A stretch of 64,000 nucleotides of DNA from positions 1 through 64,000 of the forward strand of contig JBJXGX010000272.1 in assembly GCA_046160305.1 (NCBI GenBank), in the 5' to 3' direction. Under the pieces are notes generated by a model. That model made no database searches and was not told the DNA's origin. It was given only the letters and a program-made list of their open reading frames with translations. The stretch comes from Burkholderiales bacterium. Lineage in GTDB: Bacteria > Pseudomonadota > Gammaproteobacteria > Burkholderiales > SG8-39. Shown one piece after another: positions 38,350 through 50,706 of this stretch. The position numbers and the translations under genes are program-made. Position 1 is the first letter of the stretch, and each line of letters begins with the position of its first letter.

Positions 38350-39552
38350 TCAGCCGGCGGCATCGGCCATCGCGGCGCGCAGCACGTTGCCGATCGCCTT
38401 GCAATCGGTGCGCGTCAGGGTGAGCGGCAGGCGCATATCACACAGTCCGCCCAGCACACGCTCCGCGTTCGGCAGCGCCTGTGCGCCGCCAAAGTAGCGC
38501 CAGTGCGTCCATACGCTTGTAAAGCCGACCGGCTCTTCAGCGCCGAACCATTTCACATGCACCCCGCGTTCGGTACCGGCAGCGATAAAGCGCCGCATCT
38601 GGGTACGCGTCAGGCCAACCAGCGAGAACTGGACGGAGCTTGCCACGAATTGTTCGTCGACCGGACGATACGGCAGCCGAACATGCGGAATATCGGCGAG
38701 TGCATCGGTTATCCACGCATAACGTTCATTCCATCGTTCAGCGCGGTCAACGAGTACGGCACCCAATTGCGGACGGACGATGGCGGCCGCAAGATTGCTC
38801 ATTCGCAGGCTGAAATTCGGGGTCAGGTATTGCCATCGCTCGAACACCGCGTCGCCCGGCCGGGCACTATGCGAAGCGTAAAGCATATAGCTGCCGGAGC
38901 AGAGGATCGCCTGCGCGGCGATATCTTCGTCGTCGGTCGCAAGTAACCCGCCTTCGCCCGCATTGGCATGTTTGTAGCTTTGCAGACTGAAACAACCGGC
39001 GCGACCCCAGGTGCCGGTTGCTTTCCCGGCCCACGCGGCGCCCATCGTATGGGCGCAGTCCTCGATGACCTGCACGCCATGACGCGCACAGATCGCCATG
39101 AGCGCCCGCATATCGCAGATGTGTCCGCGCATGTGGGACAACAGCAGCGTCTTCGCGCCGGTCGCGCCGGCCTTCAGGTCGAGATCGGCAAGGTCGATCG
39201 TGTAATCGTCACTGACATCCACGAGCACCGGCCGTGCGCCGGCATGCGCGATCGCCCCCGGTACGGGCGCCAGCGTAAAGCAGTTCGATAACACGGCATC
39301 GCCCGGCTGGACGCCCGCGGCCTTGAGGGCGACGAACATCGTCGAGCCACAGGAATTCATCGCAACGCAGTAGCGCACGCCAAGCTCACGCGCAAAGTCG
39401 GCCTCCAATGCCGACACTTCGCTTGGCTTGCCGCCGGTTTCACCGTACCGATGCAACTTGCCGCTCGTCATCAACGCGAGGGCCGCAGCGACGCCCGCAG
39501 CAGGAATGGGCTCTTGCTGCGTGAGATCAATGTCGAGGGGAGCGACGTTCAT
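38350..39552 (-). CDS. DegT/DnrJ/EryC1/StrS family PLP-dependent aminotransferase
   Basis: Start at [10 protein letters not shown], 11 nt after the hisD-like stop. A conserved Lys region ([14 protein letters not shown]) is present. Confidence 0.75.
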   Translation of the reverse strand: MNVAPLDIDLTQQEPIPAAGVAAALALMTSGKLHRYGETGGKPSEVSALEADFARELGVRYCVAMNSCGSTMFVALKAAGVQPGDAVLSNCFTLAPVPGAIAHAGARPVLVDVSDDYTIDLADLDLKAGATGAKTLLLSHMRGHICDMRALMAICARHGVQVIEDCAHTMGAAWAGKATGTWGRAGCFSLQSYKHANAGEGGLLATDDEDIAAQAILCSGSYMLYASHSARPGDAVFERWQYLTPNFSLRMSNLAAAIVRPQLGAVLVDRAERWNERYAWITDALADIPHVRLPYRPVDEQFVASSVQFSLVGLTRTQMRRFIAAGTERGVHVKWFGAEEPVGFTSVWTHWRYFGGAQALPNAERVLGGLCDMRLPLTLTRTDCKAIGNVLRAAMADAAG

Positions 39553-39562
39553 GGTATTGGAA

Positions 39563-40969
<1,407 letters not shown>

Positions 40970-42019
40970 TCAACTACTGCGGTTCGCGAACGCTTTCAGT
41001 TGGGGATCACCGTCGATCAACTTCAAGTACTCGTCGGTCACATAGGTCTTCGGGTCGGGCAACGCCTCGTCGGCCCGCAGCGACCCCACTTCCTTCATGA
41101 ACGCCGCGATCGTGTTCATCGTCGCATCGGCGCGTGAAGCCTGTGTGCCGCGCGCAAACAGCGCAAGGTGCGCGGCAAGATCAAACGTCGGCCGCAGATC
41201 AAACTCCTTATTCATCGCCGCCTCGGAGATGTTCACGCCGCCCACTTCGTAGTGCTTCTTCATTATCGCGAGCGCCTCTTTGCGATTGGCGGCGAGGTAG
41301 CGCTGCGCGCGCAGGTAGACCGCCAGGAAGCGCGCCGCCGATTGCGGGTTTTCTTTCGCCCATTCGGCGCGCGCGACGAGGTTTCCGGGCACCATCACAC
41401 CGGCGTCCTTGCCCGAACAAAGCAGCTTCGCACCCGCTTTCTCTTCCACCGTGTAGGTGTTGGGGGCCCACAGTCCGCCGACATCGGCGCTGCCCGAGCT
41501 CATCGCCGCGATAATCTCGGCCTGGCCCATCGAACGCACGATGACATCGCCCTTGACGAGACCGAACTTTTGCATGCATGAGCGGGCGGCCAGATCCACC
41601 GTGGAATTACCGGTGAGAAAAACGGTGCCACCCTTGAGCGCACCCGGTGTCTTGATCAGCGCATCGGCTTTCGGCCCGCGCACGTACAAGGCGTTGGTGG
41701 CCGACTGGTCGTCGGAGAACGCGATCGTATGCAGATTGAAACGCACCGCCCCCAGCACCGCGGGCACTGATCCGGTGTAGCCGACATCCCATGACTTGCT
41801 CGCGGCGATCTGTGGCGCGCCGGCCGGAAAATTCGTGATCGTCACCTTCAAACCGACTTCCTTCCACCAGCCTTTTTCCTCGGCCAGCAGAAACGGTACG
41901 GAGCCAAGCAGCGCCGGCTGCGAGCTGATGCGCACTTCCTTCAATTCCTGCGCGCTGGCACCCGCTGCGCCCAGGGCAATCAGCGTGCCGACCAGCGAGT
42001 TGCGGATCATCGTCTTCAT
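40970..42019 (-). CDS. NitT/TauT-family ABC transporter substrate-binding protein (TauA/SsuA-like)
   Basis: Signal peptide and NMT1/THI5-like SBP fold motifs. 349 aa. Confidence 0.8.
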   Translation of the reverse strand: MKTMIRNSLVGTLIALGAAGASAQELKEVRISSQPALLGSVPFLLAEEKGWWKEVGLKVTITNFPAGAPQIAASKSWDVGYTGSVPAVLGAVRFNLHTIAFSDDQSATNALYVRGPKADALIKTPGALKGGTVFLTGNSTVDLAARSCMQKFGLVKGDVIVRSMGQAEIIAAMSSGSADVGGLWAPNTYTVEEKAGAKLLCSGKDAGVMVPGNLVARAEWAKENPQSAARFLAVYLRAQRYLAANRKEALAIMKKHYEVGGVNISEAAMNKEFDLRPTFDLAAHLALFARGTQASRADATMNTIAAFMKEVGSLRADEALPDPKTYVTDEYLKLIDGDPQLKAFANRSS

Positions 42020-42074
42020 ACGGGACTCTCCAGTCTTGGATCAACGGCTAGGGAACAACGGGATATACCGAGGA

Positions 42075-42872
42075 TCAGTGGTCACCAGGATCGTGCTGCT
42101 CGCGCAGCAGCCGCCAGATCTTGGTGCGCAGATGCACGAACGATGCGAGGTCCATGACGTCTTCGATGCGCTCGTACTTCTGCCAGCTTTCGGCCTCGCG
42201 CACCGGCTTCACGTCGATGGTTTCCTTGATCTTGCCCGGACGGCGGGTCATGACGATCACGCGATCGGCGAGGTACACGGCTTCCTCGACGGCGTGGGTG
42301 ATGAACATGACCGTACGCGGATTGGCACGACCCACGCGCAGCAGCTCTTCTTGCATCACCGTGCGCGTCTGTGCATCGAGCGCGCCGAACGGCTCATCCA
42401 TCAGCAGCACATCGGGATTGAGCACATAGGCACGCGCGATCGCCACCCGCTGCTGCATGCCCCCTGAAAGCTGGTGCGGGTACGCCGACTCATAGCCTTC
42501 CAGGTTCATCAGCTTCAGGTTCTTGGCGATGCGGTCGGCCGCCTCGTCGCGCGATACGCCAAGCGAGCGCAGTCCGAACTGGATGTTCTCCTGCACCGTC
42601 TTCCAGGGAAACAGCGCGAACTGCTGGAACACCACGGCGCGGTCCGGCCCGGGCTTCCTGACCGCCTTGCCGCCGACCTTGACGCTACCCGAGCTTGGAA
42701 ATTCCAGGCCCGCGGCCATGCGCATGCAGGTCGTCTTGCCGCACCCAGAGGGGCCGACCACGGCGACGAACTCGCGGTCTTCGACAACGATGCTTACCTT
42801 GTCGAGCGCGAGGAACTCTTTGCCGTCACGCGCGAAGTTGCGCGATACATTGTCGAGGACGATATTGGCCAT
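42075..42872 (-). CDS. ABC transporter ATP-binding protein (TauB/SsuB-like)
   Basis: Start at MANIVLDNV. Walker A GPSGCGKTT and signature LSGGMQQRV. The start is derived from the ORF table; my direct reading differs by 1 nt. Confidence 0.8.
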   Translation of the reverse strand: MANIVLDNVSRNFARDGKEFLALDKVSIVVEDREFVAVVGPSGCGKTTCMRMAAGLEFPSSGSVKVGGKAVRKPGPDRAVVFQQFALFPWKTVQENIQFGLRSLGVSRDEAADRIAKNLKLMNLEGYESAYPHQLSGGMQQRVAIARAYVLNPDVLLMDEPFGALDAQTRTVMQEELLRVGRANPRTVMFITHAVEEAVYLADRVIVMTRRPGKIKETIDVKPVREAESWQKYERIEDVMDLASFVHLRTKIWRLLREQHDPGDH

Positions 42873-42876
42873 GTCT

Positions 42877-43656
42877 TTACTGCCCCCGTTTGCGTTGAAC
42901 CCAGGCTTCGACGCCGCGCAGCGCCACATCGACCAGCAGGCCGAACACGCCCACCGCGATCATGCCGACCATCACGATCGATGTGTCGAGCGCGCCTTGA
43001 CCGCGCACCATCATGAGACCGATTCCGCTGTTGGCGGCGATCAGCTCGGCACCGATCAACGATTGCCAGCCGGCCCCGGCACTCACGCGCAAGCCCGATA
43101 TGATCGACGGCAGCGATGCCGGCAGCAGCACCTCGTAGACGATGCGGGGTCCGGATGCGCCATAGACCTGGGCCGCCTCGATGTACTTCTTCTCGACGAA
43201 GCGCGCGCCCCGGTAGGCATTAATAAGACACGGTGGAAACGCGCCCGCGAAGATAATCATCGTCGGCCCGCCGATGCCGGTGCCGAACCAGAGCGCCGCG
43301 AACGGGACCCAGGCGATCGGCGCGATGAATCGCAAGCTGTCAAAGAGCGGTGTGATGATGTTGTCGAGCCAGCGATACCAGCCCATCATCAGGCCAAGCG
43401 GCACGCCGATCGCGGCAGCCAGCACGAACCCGCGCACGTAGCGATCGATGCTCGCCGCGAGGTGGCCTTGCAGGGTCTGCCCCGAGAACGGCTGCGTGAA
43501 GAGGGCAATGCCACGTTCGATCACATCCCAGGGTAGCGGCAGGAACTTGCGCGGTGCGAGCTCGATCCACGCGGAGAAGGTCCACAAACTGAAAAACACG
43601 AAGAGGCCGGTTGCCGACAGAACGGCGATCTGGGCGTTCGTAAGTTTAGCGTCCAT
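42877..43656 (-). CDS. ABC transporter permease (TauC/SsuC-like)
   Basis: Start at MDAKLTNAQ (GAGGG RBS). The upstream 70 codons of the TTG-initiated table ORF overlap the next permease. Confidence 0.75.
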   Translation of the reverse strand: MDAKLTNAQIAVLSATGLFVFFSLWTFSAWIELAPRKFLPLPWDVIERGIALFTQPFSGQTLQGHLAASIDRYVRGFVLAAAIGVPLGLMMGWYRWLDNIITPLFDSLRFIAPIAWVPFAALWFGTGIGGPTMIIFAGAFPPCLINAYRGARFVEKKYIEAAQVYGASGPRIVYEVLLPASLPSIISGLRVSAGAGWQSLIGAELIAANSGIGLMMVRGQGALDTSIVMVGMIAVGVFGLLVDVALRGVEAWVQRKRGQ

Positions 43657-43667
43657 CGACTGGGCCC

Positions 43668-44450
43668 TCAGCGTTGCGTGCGCCACGGCATCGAGCGACG
43701 CTCGACGAAATCGAGGACCGCGGTGAGCGCAAAGCCCACCACCGCAACGGCCACCATACCCGCGAGGATCATCGCCGGATAAATATCCAGCCCGGCCTGA
43801 TAGAGCACCTTGCCCATGCCAAGCAACGCACCGAGCAGCTCCGCTGCGACGAGCGCGGTGAGACAACCCTGCAAGGAAAGCCTAAGACCGGTGAAGATCG
43901 AGGGCAACGCACCGGGGACGATGACATCCTTCACTACCGACCAGCCGCGCACACCAAGCATGCGGCTTGCCTCGATGATCGGCCGATCGATGCTACGGAC
44001 GCCGGAGAAACTGTTGATCACCGACGGCACGAAGGCGGCGAACCAGAGGATCATCACCTTGGCGGCGTCTTCGAGGCCCAGCCAGACGATCGCAAGCGGT
44101 ATCCACGCGAGTGCAGGGATCGGTCGGATGAGCAGAAAAATCGGATTGACGATCGCCTCGGCCTTGCGGCTCCAGCCCATCCAAAGGCCAAGCGGCACGC
44201 CGATCGCGGTAGCGGCGAAAAAGCCCATTACGATCAACTTCACGCTTTGCAGGATGTGCTCGTGGATACGCCCATCGGCGAACCCTTCGCCGAATACAAG
44301 CTGGCGCGCCGCCGCCGCGAATTGCTCAGGCGTTGGAAAGACCTGCGGGTTGATGACTCCGCCTTTGGAGCCGAGATACCAGAAGCTGATCAGCACGACC
44401 ACCGTCGCGATGCCGGTCCAGGCGCGGGCGTAGTCGCGGGCGCCGGCCAC
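43668..44450 (-). CDS. ABC transporter permease (second TauC-like)
   Basis: 260 aa, 6 TM. First gene of the minus-strand operon. Confidence 0.75.
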   Translation of the reverse strand: MAGARDYARAWTGIATVVVLISFWYLGSKGGVINPQVFPTPEQFAAAARQLVFGEGFADGRIHEHILQSVKLIVMGFFAATAIGVPLGLWMGWSRKAEAIVNPIFLLIRPIPALAWIPLAIVWLGLEDAAKVMILWFAAFVPSVINSFSGVRSIDRPIIEASRMLGVRGWSVVKDVIVPGALPSIFTGLRLSLQGCLTALVAAELLGALLGMGKVLYQAGLDIYPAMILAGMVAVAVVGFALTAVLDFVERRSMPWRTQR

Positions 44451-44688
44451 TTAGTGGCTCAACTCGGTTGCCGTGCCGTGCATGGCAACGATCCGCGCAT
44501 CGCGGCTAACACCGTTCCCACCGGCAGTGGCGTTGGAGCAATGCATGGCATGCCTCAGAATGAATCCGCGCGCATCGGAACAAGCTGCCCGCACAATAAC
44601 GAGACCGACTAGAATCTCTTAATACCAGATACGATGAATCGATCAGTCCAAAATAGCGCTGCGCTGCAACACCACCACGAGATCCGGA

Positions 44689-46251
44689 ATGCCCCGACGC
44701 GCTCGAACCAGCGAACTGATGTGGCCGCGATTGTTTCGCCGCTTCGAAGGACGCGCCGGCACCCTGCAAGGGCAACTGCGCGACATGCTGGTGCACGCAG
44801 TGATGGAGGGCTTCCTGTCCCCAGGCGAGGCATTGCCCTCCAGCCGCCTCTTGGCCCAAACACTCGGCCTGTCGCGCACGACTGTCATCCTGGCATTCCA
44901 GGCCCTTGCCGACAAGGGCCTCATCACCGCGCGGCTGCGTAGCGGCTATTTCGTCGGCGAACACTTGCAGGCGACCTACCTGGGTGCCCGCCAACGCGCC
45001 GATCAAGCGTTCCTACCCGGCACGGTCGACTGGTCCGCCCGCCTGAAACTGCGCCCCTCGGCGCAGCGGAATATTCAAAAGCCGGACGACTGGCAGCAGC
45101 AGCCCTATCCGTTCATCTACGGGCAATTCGACGGCTCGCTGTTCCCGAGCGCCGATTGGCGTGAATGCGTGTTGGAGTCCTTGCAGTGGCGCTCATTGCG
45201 CCGCTGGGCCCCCGACCAGATCGACCGCGACGACGACGCGCTGGTCGAGCAGATCCATAGCCGCCTGCTTCCGGCGCGCGGCATCTGGGTTGAGCGCGAC
45301 CAGATTCTCGTCACCACCGGCGCGCAGCAAGCAACCTTCCTTCTCGCCACGCTTCTCATCGGCGCAACGACGATTGCCGGGATCGAGAATCCGGGTTATC
45401 CGGATGCACGCAACAACTTCGCGCTGCGCACCCGGCATGTGCGCCCGCTCCGGATCGATGCCGATGGGCTGATCGTCGGCGCCGCGCTGTCGGCCTGCCA
45501 GTACGTGTATGTGACGCCAAGCCACCAATGCCCCTCGACGGTCACCATGCCGCTCGCACGACGGCAGGAGCTGCTCGCGCGCGCCGAGCGCGATGATTTC
45601 GTCATCATCGAAGACGATCATGAAAGCGAACTCAATTTTTCCGGCCGGCCAACGCCCGCGCTGAAAAGTCTCGACAGCTCCGGACGCGTCATCTACATCG
45701 GCAGTCTTTCCAAGACGCTCGCGCACGGCCTGCGCCTGGGCTATGTGGTCGCGCCGGCCGAGCTGATCCGGGAGCTTCGCGCGCTCCGGCGTCTCGTCAT
45801 GCGACATGTGCCGACCAACAATCAGCAGGCGGCCGCGAGCTTTATCGCGCATGGCCATCAGGAGGCATTCCTTCGCCGGCTCAATATCGCCTATCGCGAC
45901 CGCGCGCGTGCGCTGCGCGATGCCTTGAGCGCGCACGCGCCGGCGCTGGTGCCGATGGCCGCGCAAGGCGGCTCCGCCATCTGGGTGACCGGCCCGGCCG
46001 ATGTGGACACGCGCGATCTGGCGATGCGCCTCTACGGGCGCGGTGTCGTGGTCGAGCCCGGCGATGTGTTTTTCGCCAATGGCAAGCACCACGGCAATCA
46101 CATGCGGATCGGCTACTCGTCGATCGCGGTCGATCGCATCGAGCCCGGCGTGCGCATCATTGCGCAGGAACTGGCGCGCTCCGCGGCGGCCTCGCCCACC
46201 CCGGTTCGTGTCAAGCGGCTGCCGGTGCGACTGTCCGCGCCCCCCGCATAG
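44689..46251 (+). CDS. MocR-type (GntR HTH + class-I aminotransferase-like domain) transcriptional regulator, divergent from the ABC operon
   Basis: N-terminal GntR HTH (LPSSRLLAQTLGLSRTTVILAFQAL) and a long PLP-fold C-domain. The start could instead be 44719. Confidence 0.75.
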   Translation: MPRRARTSELMWPRLFRRFEGRAGTLQGQLRDMLVHAVMEGFLSPGEALPSSRLLAQTLGLSRTTVILAFQALADKGLITARLRSGYFVGEHLQATYLGARQRADQAFLPGTVDWSARLKLRPSAQRNIQKPDDWQQQPYPFIYGQFDGSLFPSADWRECVLESLQWRSLRRWAPDQIDRDDDALVEQIHSRLLPARGIWVERDQILVTTGAQQATFLLATLLIGATTIAGIENPGYPDARNNFALRTRHVRPLRIDADGLIVGAALSACQYVYVTPSHQCPSTVTMPLARRQELLARAERDDFVIIEDDHESELNFSGRPTPALKSLDSSGRVIYIGSLSKTLAHGLRLGYVVAPAELIRELRALRRLVMRHVPTNNQQAAASFIAHGHQEAFLRRLNIAYRDRARALRDALSAHAPALVPMAAQGGSAIWVTGPADVDTRDLAMRLYGRGVVVEPGDVFFANGKHHGNHMRIGYSSIAVDRIEPGVRIIAQELARSAAASPTPVRVKRLPVRLSAPPA

Positions 46252-46270
46252 CGCCTTGTTAGGAGACAAC

Positions 46271-47863
46271 ATGTTCGATCACATCATTGCGGGCGGCGTC
46301 GTGATCGACGGCACCGGCGCGCCGGGCTTCGCGGCCGATGTCGGCATCACAGGCGATCGGATCACCGCCATCGGCGATTTGTCCAAGGCGGTGGCGGCGG
46401 ACCGGATCGACGCGACCGGTCTTACGGTGGCACCCGGCTTCATCGATATCCACACTCATTCTGATTTCACGTTGCTCGCCGACGGTCGCGCCGACAGCCA
46501 GATCTGTCAGGGCGTGACGACCGAAGTGATCGGGCAATGCGGACATAGCTGCGCGCCGCTTCGCCCGGGCACGGCCGATCGTCCCTTCATCGGCTATGCC
46601 GACGTCGGCGTCGACGTCAGTTGGGGTGGCTTCGGACAGTATCTCGAACAACTCGACAAGGCGCGGCCGGCGGTCAACGTCGCAGCATTCGTCGGCCATG
46701 GCGCGATCCATCAAGCGGCCAAGGCGGACGCGGCAGCGCCAAGCACAACGGCCGATATCGCAGCAATGGTGCGGCTCACCGAAGCAGCGTTTGATGAGGG
46801 TGCAATCGGCTTTTCGACCGGGCTTGAGTATTGGCCGGGCAATGCAGCGCCGCTGGAAGAAATCGCCGCCCTCACCGCCGTCACGGCACGACGCGGCGGC
46901 CTCTATGCCACCCATGTGCGCAACCGCGATATCTACTATGACCTTGGCTTCATGGAAGCGATCGCAACGGCACGCCATGCCGGTGCCGCGTTGCAGATCT
47001 CGCATATCCAACCGAAATTCGGCGCGCCGGCGCACGCGATGGAGCATGCGCTTGAACTGATCTACCGCGCCGAGCGGCAAGGCGTCGATATCGGCTTTGA
47101 TGTCATTCCGCATGACTGGAGCCATACGATCGTGGCCGCGGTGCTGCCGCCCTGGGCGCGGGCCGGTGGCACTCGGGCGACGCTCGCGCGATTGCAAGAC
47201 CCGGCCCTGCGCGAGAAGATGAAGGACAATCCACGCCCGATCTGGCGGCTGGTGACCGCGGGGCGATGGGACGACATCCTGCTGCTTGGATCGGTTGCAA
47301 ACCACGATCTGGTCGGACAAAGCTTCGCTGCCATCGGACGGCGGCGCGCGGTCGATCCCTTCGATGCCGTGCTCGATCTGCTACTGGAGGAAGGCGAAGG
47401 TCTGCCCCAATTGATGTGGACGTCGCGCAGCTTCAGCGATGCCGATGTCTGTATGTGCATGCGCGAGCAGAAGTGCATGGTGATGTCGGACACGCTCGCG
47501 CTCTCCCGGCGCGGCCCGCTCAAGAACACCATCGGCTCACTCAGCGGCTACGGTTGGATCGCACGGCTGCTCGGCCACTATGTGCGGGAAAAAAACATCT
47601 TGTCGCTCGCGGAGGCCGTCAATCGTGTCACCGTCCGCCCCGCCGAGCGACTCGGTCTGGTGGACCGCGGCCGCCTTCGCGCGGGCGCATTCGCCGATAT
47701 CGTAGTGTTCGATCCCCAGGCGGTCCACGACCGATCGTCGGTTCTCGGGCCGTTAGTGCATCCGGTGGGATTCGTGCATGTCATGGTGAACGGCCGCATC
47801 GCCGTGCGGGATGGCGTGCGCAATGACGCACAACCAGGGCGGATTTTGCGGCGCGTCGCGTAG
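46271..47863 (+). CDS. N-acyl-D-amino-acid deacylase (D-aminoacylase) family amidohydrolase
   Basis: ATG at 46271 with AGGAGA RBS. Metal-binding motifs GFIDIHTHSD and CGHS. Confidence 0.8.
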   Translation: MFDHIIAGGVVIDGTGAPGFAADVGITGDRITAIGDLSKAVAADRIDATGLTVAPGFIDIHTHSDFTLLADGRADSQICQGVTTEVIGQCGHSCAPLRPGTADRPFIGYADVGVDVSWGGFGQYLEQLDKARPAVNVAAFVGHGAIHQAAKADAAAPSTTADIAAMVRLTEAAFDEGAIGFSTGLEYWPGNAAPLEEIAALTAVTARRGGLYATHVRNRDIYYDLGFMEAIATARHAGAALQISHIQPKFGAPAHAMEHALELIYRAERQGVDIGFDVIPHDWSHTIVAAVLPPWARAGGTRATLARLQDPALREKMKDNPRPIWRLVTAGRWDDILLLGSVANHDLVGQSFAAIGRRRAVDPFDAVLDLLLEEGEGLPQLMWTSRSFSDADVCMCMREQKCMVMSDTLALSRRGPLKNTIGSLSGYGWIARLLGHYVREKNILSLAEAVNRVTVRPAERLGLVDRGRLRAGAFADIVVFDPQAVHDRSSVLGPLVHPVGFVHVMVNGRIAVRDGVRNDAQPGRILRRVA

Positions 47864-47903
47864 CGATGCAAGCCTGGAACTTCGCAGTCAGAGTCGCGTT
47901 AAT

Positions 47904-48695
47904 TCACTCGCCGTCCCGTGTGTAGCGCTCGTGCAGCTCGTCGGGCCGCGCCGCGCGCTTGCGCATTCGAACGTTCAGCACCTTGACCGCCACTGCAAAC
48001 GCCATGGCAAAGTAGACATACCCTTTCGGGACATGATGATCAAACCCATCGGCAATCAATACCACGCCGATCACCAGCAGGAACGCGAGCGCGAGCATCT
48101 TGATCGTTGGATGCGTGGAGACCACGCGACCGATCTGGCCGGCAAAGACGAGCATTAGCAGTACTGACACCACGACCGCGGCAATCATCACCTCCACCCT
48201 GTCGACCATTCCGACCGCCGTGATGATCGAATCGAGCGAGAAGACAAGATCGATGATCGCGATCTGGACGACTACGGCGGAAAATGTGGCGGACACTGCC
48301 GAGGAAGCAGCACCGGTCTCGCCCTCCAGCAACTGGTGAATCTCCTTGGTGCTCTTCCAGAGCAGAAAAAGACCGCCGCCAATCAGAATCAAGTCACGGC
48401 CCGACAGTTCGAAGTCGAACAGCGAGAGCATCGGTTCAGTCAGCCCGACAATCCAGGCGAGCAGGAAAAGCAGTCCAATCCGCATGAACATCGCGAGGAA
48501 CAGACCGATCCGACGCGCCAGCTCGCGCCGCTTCTTCTCAAGCTTGTCCACCAGAATCGAGAATAAATCAACGCCCCTGGATCCGGATGCGCGCACACGC
48601 TGTCCGGGCAGACAGTCCAAATTTCTGAGAGGTCGATGACCGTGAAAAATATCATTCCGATCCTTGGGCTTGCCCACATCGTCATTCGCGTGCAA
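47904..48695 (-). CDS. TerC family membrane protein (start uncertain; possibly N-terminally truncated)
   Basis: The RRELARRIGLF...DSIITAVG blocks match TerC repeat motifs. The 5' 60 codons are non-hydrophobic and overlap a VOC gene remnant on the other strand. Confidence 0.55.
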   Translation of the reverse strand: MHANDDVGKPKDRNDIFHGHRPLRNLDCLPGQRVRASGSRGVDLFSILVDKLEKKRRELARRIGLFLAMFMRIGLLFLLAWIVGLTEPMLSLFDFELSGRDLILIGGGLFLLWKSTKEIHQLLEGETGAASSAVSATFSAVVVQIAIIDLVFSLDSIITAVGMVDRVEVMIAAVVVSVLLMLVFAGQIGRVVSTHPTIKMLALAFLLVIGVVLIADGFDHHVPKGYVYFAMAFAVAVKVLNVRMRKRAARPDELHERYTRDGE

Positions 48696-48897
48696 AAGCT
48701 CGATCGATCGGTGCGCTGCTATGTATTGCTCGGATCCACGAAGACCGCCGTTCCGACATCATTGACGCAAGGGCCAAGATCGCAGGAGCGGGCATCGTGC
48801 TGAGTGGTGGGCCGATCCGGTTCGGTCCGCGCGCACAAGAGATCTTCGCGCGCGATCCGGATCGCGACGTGGTTGCGCTTCACCAGCGCGGATAGCC
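48636..48897 (+). pseudogene. disrupted VOC/glyoxalase-family gene (frameshift/internal deletion)
   Basis: The ATG at 48636 gives MTVKNIIPILGLAHIVIRVQKLDRSVRCYV (VOC N-terminus). Another frame gives ...GIVLSGGPIRFGPRAQEIFARDPDRDVVALHQRG-stop (VOC C-terminus). The total is too short for an intact VOC. Confidence 0.3.
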
Positions 48898-49231
48898 GGC
48901 GGCAAGGTTAGATGGTGAACCGAACATCGGTAGCGCGATATTTCGCCTTCCAGACACTGCCCGTTCGCGTTGGCGTGCAAATCGTCGACAAGCAATGGAC
49001 GATCCACGAGAGAGCACGACCGCCAGCGGTGCGTGCGATGACGTTCACGTCGTCGCGGGCCAGGAAAAGATCGATGAGGATAATGACCGGGACGGCCAAG
49101 AAGTATGCCCGGAGGAACCCATCCGATTCCAGCGCCTGAGTCGGTCGCGTGCGACCCTCGCGTGGCACGACCCGGACGCGTTTGGCCAACTCTCCCCGCG
49201 GGGGCGTTCGCAACCCTCGTTAGAGCGAGCC

Positions 49232-49633
49232 CTATATCGCTTTGCCGGAAACGTGGCTCGAGAAAAATGTGATGGTGTGTCCTGACGGTTCGCGGACCGT
49301 GAACACATCATGACCGATAGCCGGACGGGCCTCGATCGGCGAGGGCGCAAAGCCAAGCGCAATAAACTGCTCACGCGTTGCATGCAGGTCATCGACCATG
49401 AGGTCGAACGGTGCTTTTCCTGCGACGATTTCTTTTTTCAGTCGGAGGATCAAGTGCGTCCCGCCGCGCATCTCGTAGACGCAAACCTCCGGCCCTTCAA
49501 AGATTGGGCGCATGCCAATGGTCCGCATGAATTGCGCCGATTCATCTTTGCGGTCTGCGTCAAGATAGACATGCGCTACGCCAACGGGCGGGCGGTCATC
49601 GCGTTCGCTGCGATTCGGCAACGTGTTTGACAT
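49232..49633 (-). CDS. VOC (glyoxalase-like) family protein
   Basis: 133 aa. VGVAHVYLDA and DLMVDDLHATREQF are glyoxalase-like. Confidence 0.65.
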   Translation of the reverse strand: MSNTLPNRSERDDRPPVGVAHVYLDADRKDESAQFMRTIGMRPIFEGPEVCVYEMRGGTHLILRLKKEIVAGKAPFDLMVDDLHATREQFIALGFAPSPIEARPAIGHDVFTVREPSGHTITFFSSHVSGKAI

Positions 49634-49702
49634 CGCAATTCCTCTATTGGGCTACCGCCTGGAAATTATAGATGGCGCCAACCGGATGGTGAACGATCGT
49701 AC

Positions 49703-50215
49703 ATGTCGCGGTCAAGCGTCTGGTTCGGGCAACTCATCCAGCGCGCCAATGACGGCGGCAAGACCTGGACACCGCATGGCAACAAGTTCGCCTCTGGGGG
49801 CGTGGGCGGGTACGCACCAGTGGTACGACGGCACCGGGCGCCCCTGTAGGAGGGTAGACGGGTCTGGCATCTTGAACCCTCGCTCACCGATCCCGATACC
49901 GTATATGTCGGCGTCGAGAACGCCGCATTGTTCCGCTCGACCGATGGCGTGCACACCTGGCAGAAACTCGCCGGACTGCGCGGCCACGGCGCCGGATCGT
50001 TCTGGGAGCCCGGTGCGGGCAGCATGTGTCTTCACACGCCCCTGCTGGAACCCCTCGATCCCAAGCGAATGTTCGTTGCCATTTCGGCGGCGGGCGCGTT
50101 CCGCACCGATGATGCCGGGGAGTCCTGGCACGAAGTGCGTGGCAATCTGCCCAGCGACTTCGAGTTTCCGATCGACGTGCATACGCATGAACCGACATGT
50201 ACGTTTACATTTCCA
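49703..50215 (+). pseudogene. BNR/Asp-box repeat protein gene with in-frame TAG (about 49844-49846) and 3' truncation
   Basis: MSRSSVWFGQLIQRANDGGKTWTPHGNKF...L-stop, then in the same frame ...[11 protein letters not shown]...[12 protein letters not shown] (3 SxDxGxTW Asp-boxes). Coding sense ends near 50200, where an opposing LysR remnant takes over. Confidence 0.35.
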
Positions 50216-50706
50216 GGCATCGGGCTGTCTGACAAGACGATATCGAGTCGATGCACGGCAGGATCGGCGAGCAGTCCGGCCAGCTTGCGCTCTCGACAGT
50301 GGATATGCACGGGATCGGCCATCCGCAGCGCGGGTTCCAGCAAACGAAAAGCGATCGACTTCGGCACGATGTCGCAAATACCCACGCGGAACTGTCGCGG
50401 CCGCCCAGTGGGCTTTTGGCGCAGAACATCCGTCAGTTCCTCGCCAAGACTGAAGATTCCGTCGGCATAACTCATCGCCACGCGGCCCGCGTCGGCCAGC
50501 TCGAGACGCCGACCGACGCGCGCAAAAAGCTTGTAGCCCAACAGGTCCTCAAACAAAGTGATCTGGCCGCTGATCGTCTGCGGTGTGAGATGCAGACGTT
50601 CGCTCGCGCGCACGATGCCGCCCGCCTTGGCGACTACCCAGAAATAGTGCAGGTGCTTGTAATTCAAGCCGGCTATTGGTTGTCCTTCGCTGTTCTCTAG
50701 ACCCAC
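50032..50706 (-). pseudogene. LysR-family regulator, 3'-truncated (only the HTH and about 80 aa of the effector domain are meaningful)
   Basis: LNYKHLHYFWVVAKAGGIVRASERLHLTPQTISGQITLFE is a canonical LysR HTH. After about residue 165 the ORF reads antisense BNR sequence. An intact LysR is about 300 aa. Confidence 0.45.

Noticed and set aside
48908-49213. 101-aa minus-strand ORF (FLAVPVIILIDLFLARDDVNVIARTAGG...)
   Set aside because: No recognisable family and it sits in the decay zone. It could be another remnant but I cannot support a call.
49623-50453. 276-aa plus-strand ORF spanning the BNR/LysR junction
   Set aside because: Ser/Arg/Pro-rich junk frame. The neighbouring frames carry the recognisable BNR and, antisense, LysR sequences.
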